A DNA stretch of 38,922 bases. It comes from Conidiobolus incongruus B7586 (lineage: Eukaryota). Under the pieces are notes generated by a model. The model made no database searches. It was not told the origin of the DNA and worked only from the letters and a program-made list of their open reading frames with translations. The stretch is taken from assembly GCA_000697335.1 (NCBI GenBank), contig JNEM01010498.1, forward strand, positions 1 to 38,922, given 5' to 3'. How positions within the stretch are numbered: the first letter of the stretch is position 1; each line of letters begins with the position of its first letter. Below are positions 36,896 to 38,922 of this stretch, piece after piece. The translations under genes and the position numbers were made by a program.

Positions 36896-37350
36896 CTAAA
36901 AAACTCCAGCAGCATAATTCAACCAAAAATTAATAAAAGCAGCAATAATAACTGTTATAATTAAAAATTTAGGTCCAAAATTATCATCTATAAAATATAC
37001 ATTAACTTAAGATTATTTCGATAAAATTAAATCTTACCATAGAAACCAAATTCTTGATTTTGTAATTTTTTAGCTCTCCATCTGAAGCTATAGTAAGCAT
37101 AGCCCATAATAAAGTAAGACACTGAACTGAATAAAATAGCAGAATAAAAACCGACAGCATTCTCTGTGAAATTTAGCAAACTGACGGCGAGACCACCAAT
37201 GACGACAGCGAATTGGACCCAGCTCAAGAATGTGCGTTCATTGGCAAAGAAACCTTTTGGATTGGGACGCCTTTGGACAGGAGCGTCAGGAGGTAATGGG
37301 GTATAGTAACCAGATCTGATAAAATTTTTTATACTTACAAGGTATTCCAT
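36896..37350 (-). CDS. VTC1: Vacuolar transporter chaperone Vtc1 (DUF202), 134 aa, 2 exons
   Basis: Motifs PKGFFANERTFLSW and YDDNFGP (across the intron), with three hydrophobic segments. Exons 37038-37350 and 36896-36987, ending in TAG at 36896-36898. Confidence 0.88.
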
Positions 37351-38922
37351 ATTGATTTGATATTATTAATTTTAATCTACTTGAATAAAAGATGAAACAT
37401 AACATTTCTTCTAGTTGATTATTATTTAATTCCCATAAATTTTCAATCCATTCAATAAACAAGTGTGACAGATTAATTTCGCTTGATTGGACTGTTACAT
37501 TTGCAATTCTCTCAGCTTACAAAATGTAAACTAAATCACCAATCATTATCAAATATTATATTCGCCAATATTGTAGTATTTATTATTAAAACCACTATTG
37601 AGTTTTCACGCTTTCATTGTAGTGATAAAAGGATAATTTGTTATATAATAATCTCTAATATATATATTAAATTACATAATCTAATAAAATTATTGGAATT
37701 TTTATTATCAAAATAAGTAATTTTGATATTCTTTATTGATGATCTCATTATTAGTTATTGATAGTTTATTGAATTTACATAATTCAAGATTGTTATATAC
37801 AAAGTAATCATAACAATTGATAGTTGAGTTATTTTAAAATATAATTTATAAAAATTCATATCTACTTAATAATTCTCAATTGATGTTTAATTAAATAATA
37901 TTTTTCAATATTTTAAAATTATCAGATTATTTGATTATACATAATTTGAAAATGTAATAATTATTTTTAAATATCACAATAATAATTATACAATTATTAA
38001 AAATTCTGGATTGTTTAACTAAATACATTTTTAATCTTTTATCATTTATATTTTTCAAATGTTTTTAAATTCAAATTAAACAAATTTTGCAATATATTTG
38101 AAAATACTATTTAAAATAATTAATATGCTTGTATTGTAATATAATCGTGAATTTTATTTAATATATAAACTTTTTAAAATTTGAAAAATTTAATTATTAT
38201 TTAATATTAAAAATTTTTAAATTGAAAATAATTTCATATTTATGATTATTCAAAATTATTCCTAACTTATCAGAAAATATGGTATATTATTTATTTCTCT
38301 CATTTCATCTATTTAAATTAAATAAATGCATATAATAAACTTAATACTTGATAACAAATTTTTAACTTTGATATTATTCAATATAAATTTCTTTTTAATT
38401 GAATATAATCATCTTATGTTTGATACACAATAAGGTAATATTATTTATTGTCAGCATTATTATACTTATTGTCTAAAATATAATGGATAAATATATCCTT
38501 TAAAAATTATTTGATATTAATGACTATTTAATCTTATTTTTAGATTGATATAATACTCATATATATCTGAGGTATATTATTGAATAAACTGAATAAAACT
38601 CATAAAATATATTTTTTAATAGGTTAAAAGATATAATATTGAATATAAAATCAATCTGTGTTAATATAAATAAAAATAAATAATTATATAATTAATCATA
38701 TATTTTGAAGAAAGTTAATATAATGATTTAATAATTTTTTTATAAAGATGAATTGATTTAATTTCAAGAAATAAATAAATAAATAAATAAAATTTTATAT
38801 CATATGTTGTTATGTATAAATTATATTAATTATATAATATTAATCTAAATTTAATTTTGTATATATTTTAGATATTACCATTAAATTAAAAAAATGGGAA
38901 TATTTTAATTTCTGATTTTTTA

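Noticed and set aside
1..38922. CRISPR arrays, tRNA/rRNA genes or prokaryotic systems
   Set aside because: No regularly spaced repeats or recognisable RNA genes were seen, and spliceosomal introns show the DNA is eukaryotic.

Overview
Very AT-rich eukaryotic DNA with short GT-AG introns (about 49-73 nt). Gene style and content suggest an early-diverging fungus, possibly Entomophthoromycotina/Conidiobolus-like; this is inference only. The left ~14 kb is an accessory region. It holds a heavily C>T/G>A-eroded DD34D mariner transposase relic (1-~1110) and a tandem array of three intronless F-box/LRR-like paralogs in three states: frameshifted (3410-4878), heavily decayed (~7909-9324, absent from the ORF track) and intact (12098-13588). 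It also holds a CpG-rich solo LTR with a 4-bp TSD (6169-6502). The middle (15.6-27.8 kb) has three tandem, intronless, secreted S28 serine peptidases spaced ~5.39 kb apart and a second GC-rich, probably LTR-like insertion (~24366-24809). The right ~10 kb holds conserved housekeeping genes: an EH-domain endocytic protein, TMEM256/DUF423, CWC2 (with a 14-nt microexon), an RNase III/dsRBD mitoribosomal protein and VTC1. The most notable signals are possible repeat-directed cytosine hypermutation, an animal-type mariner, gene-conversion mosaics in both arrays and a recurring AATCAC(A/G)T proximal promoter element.
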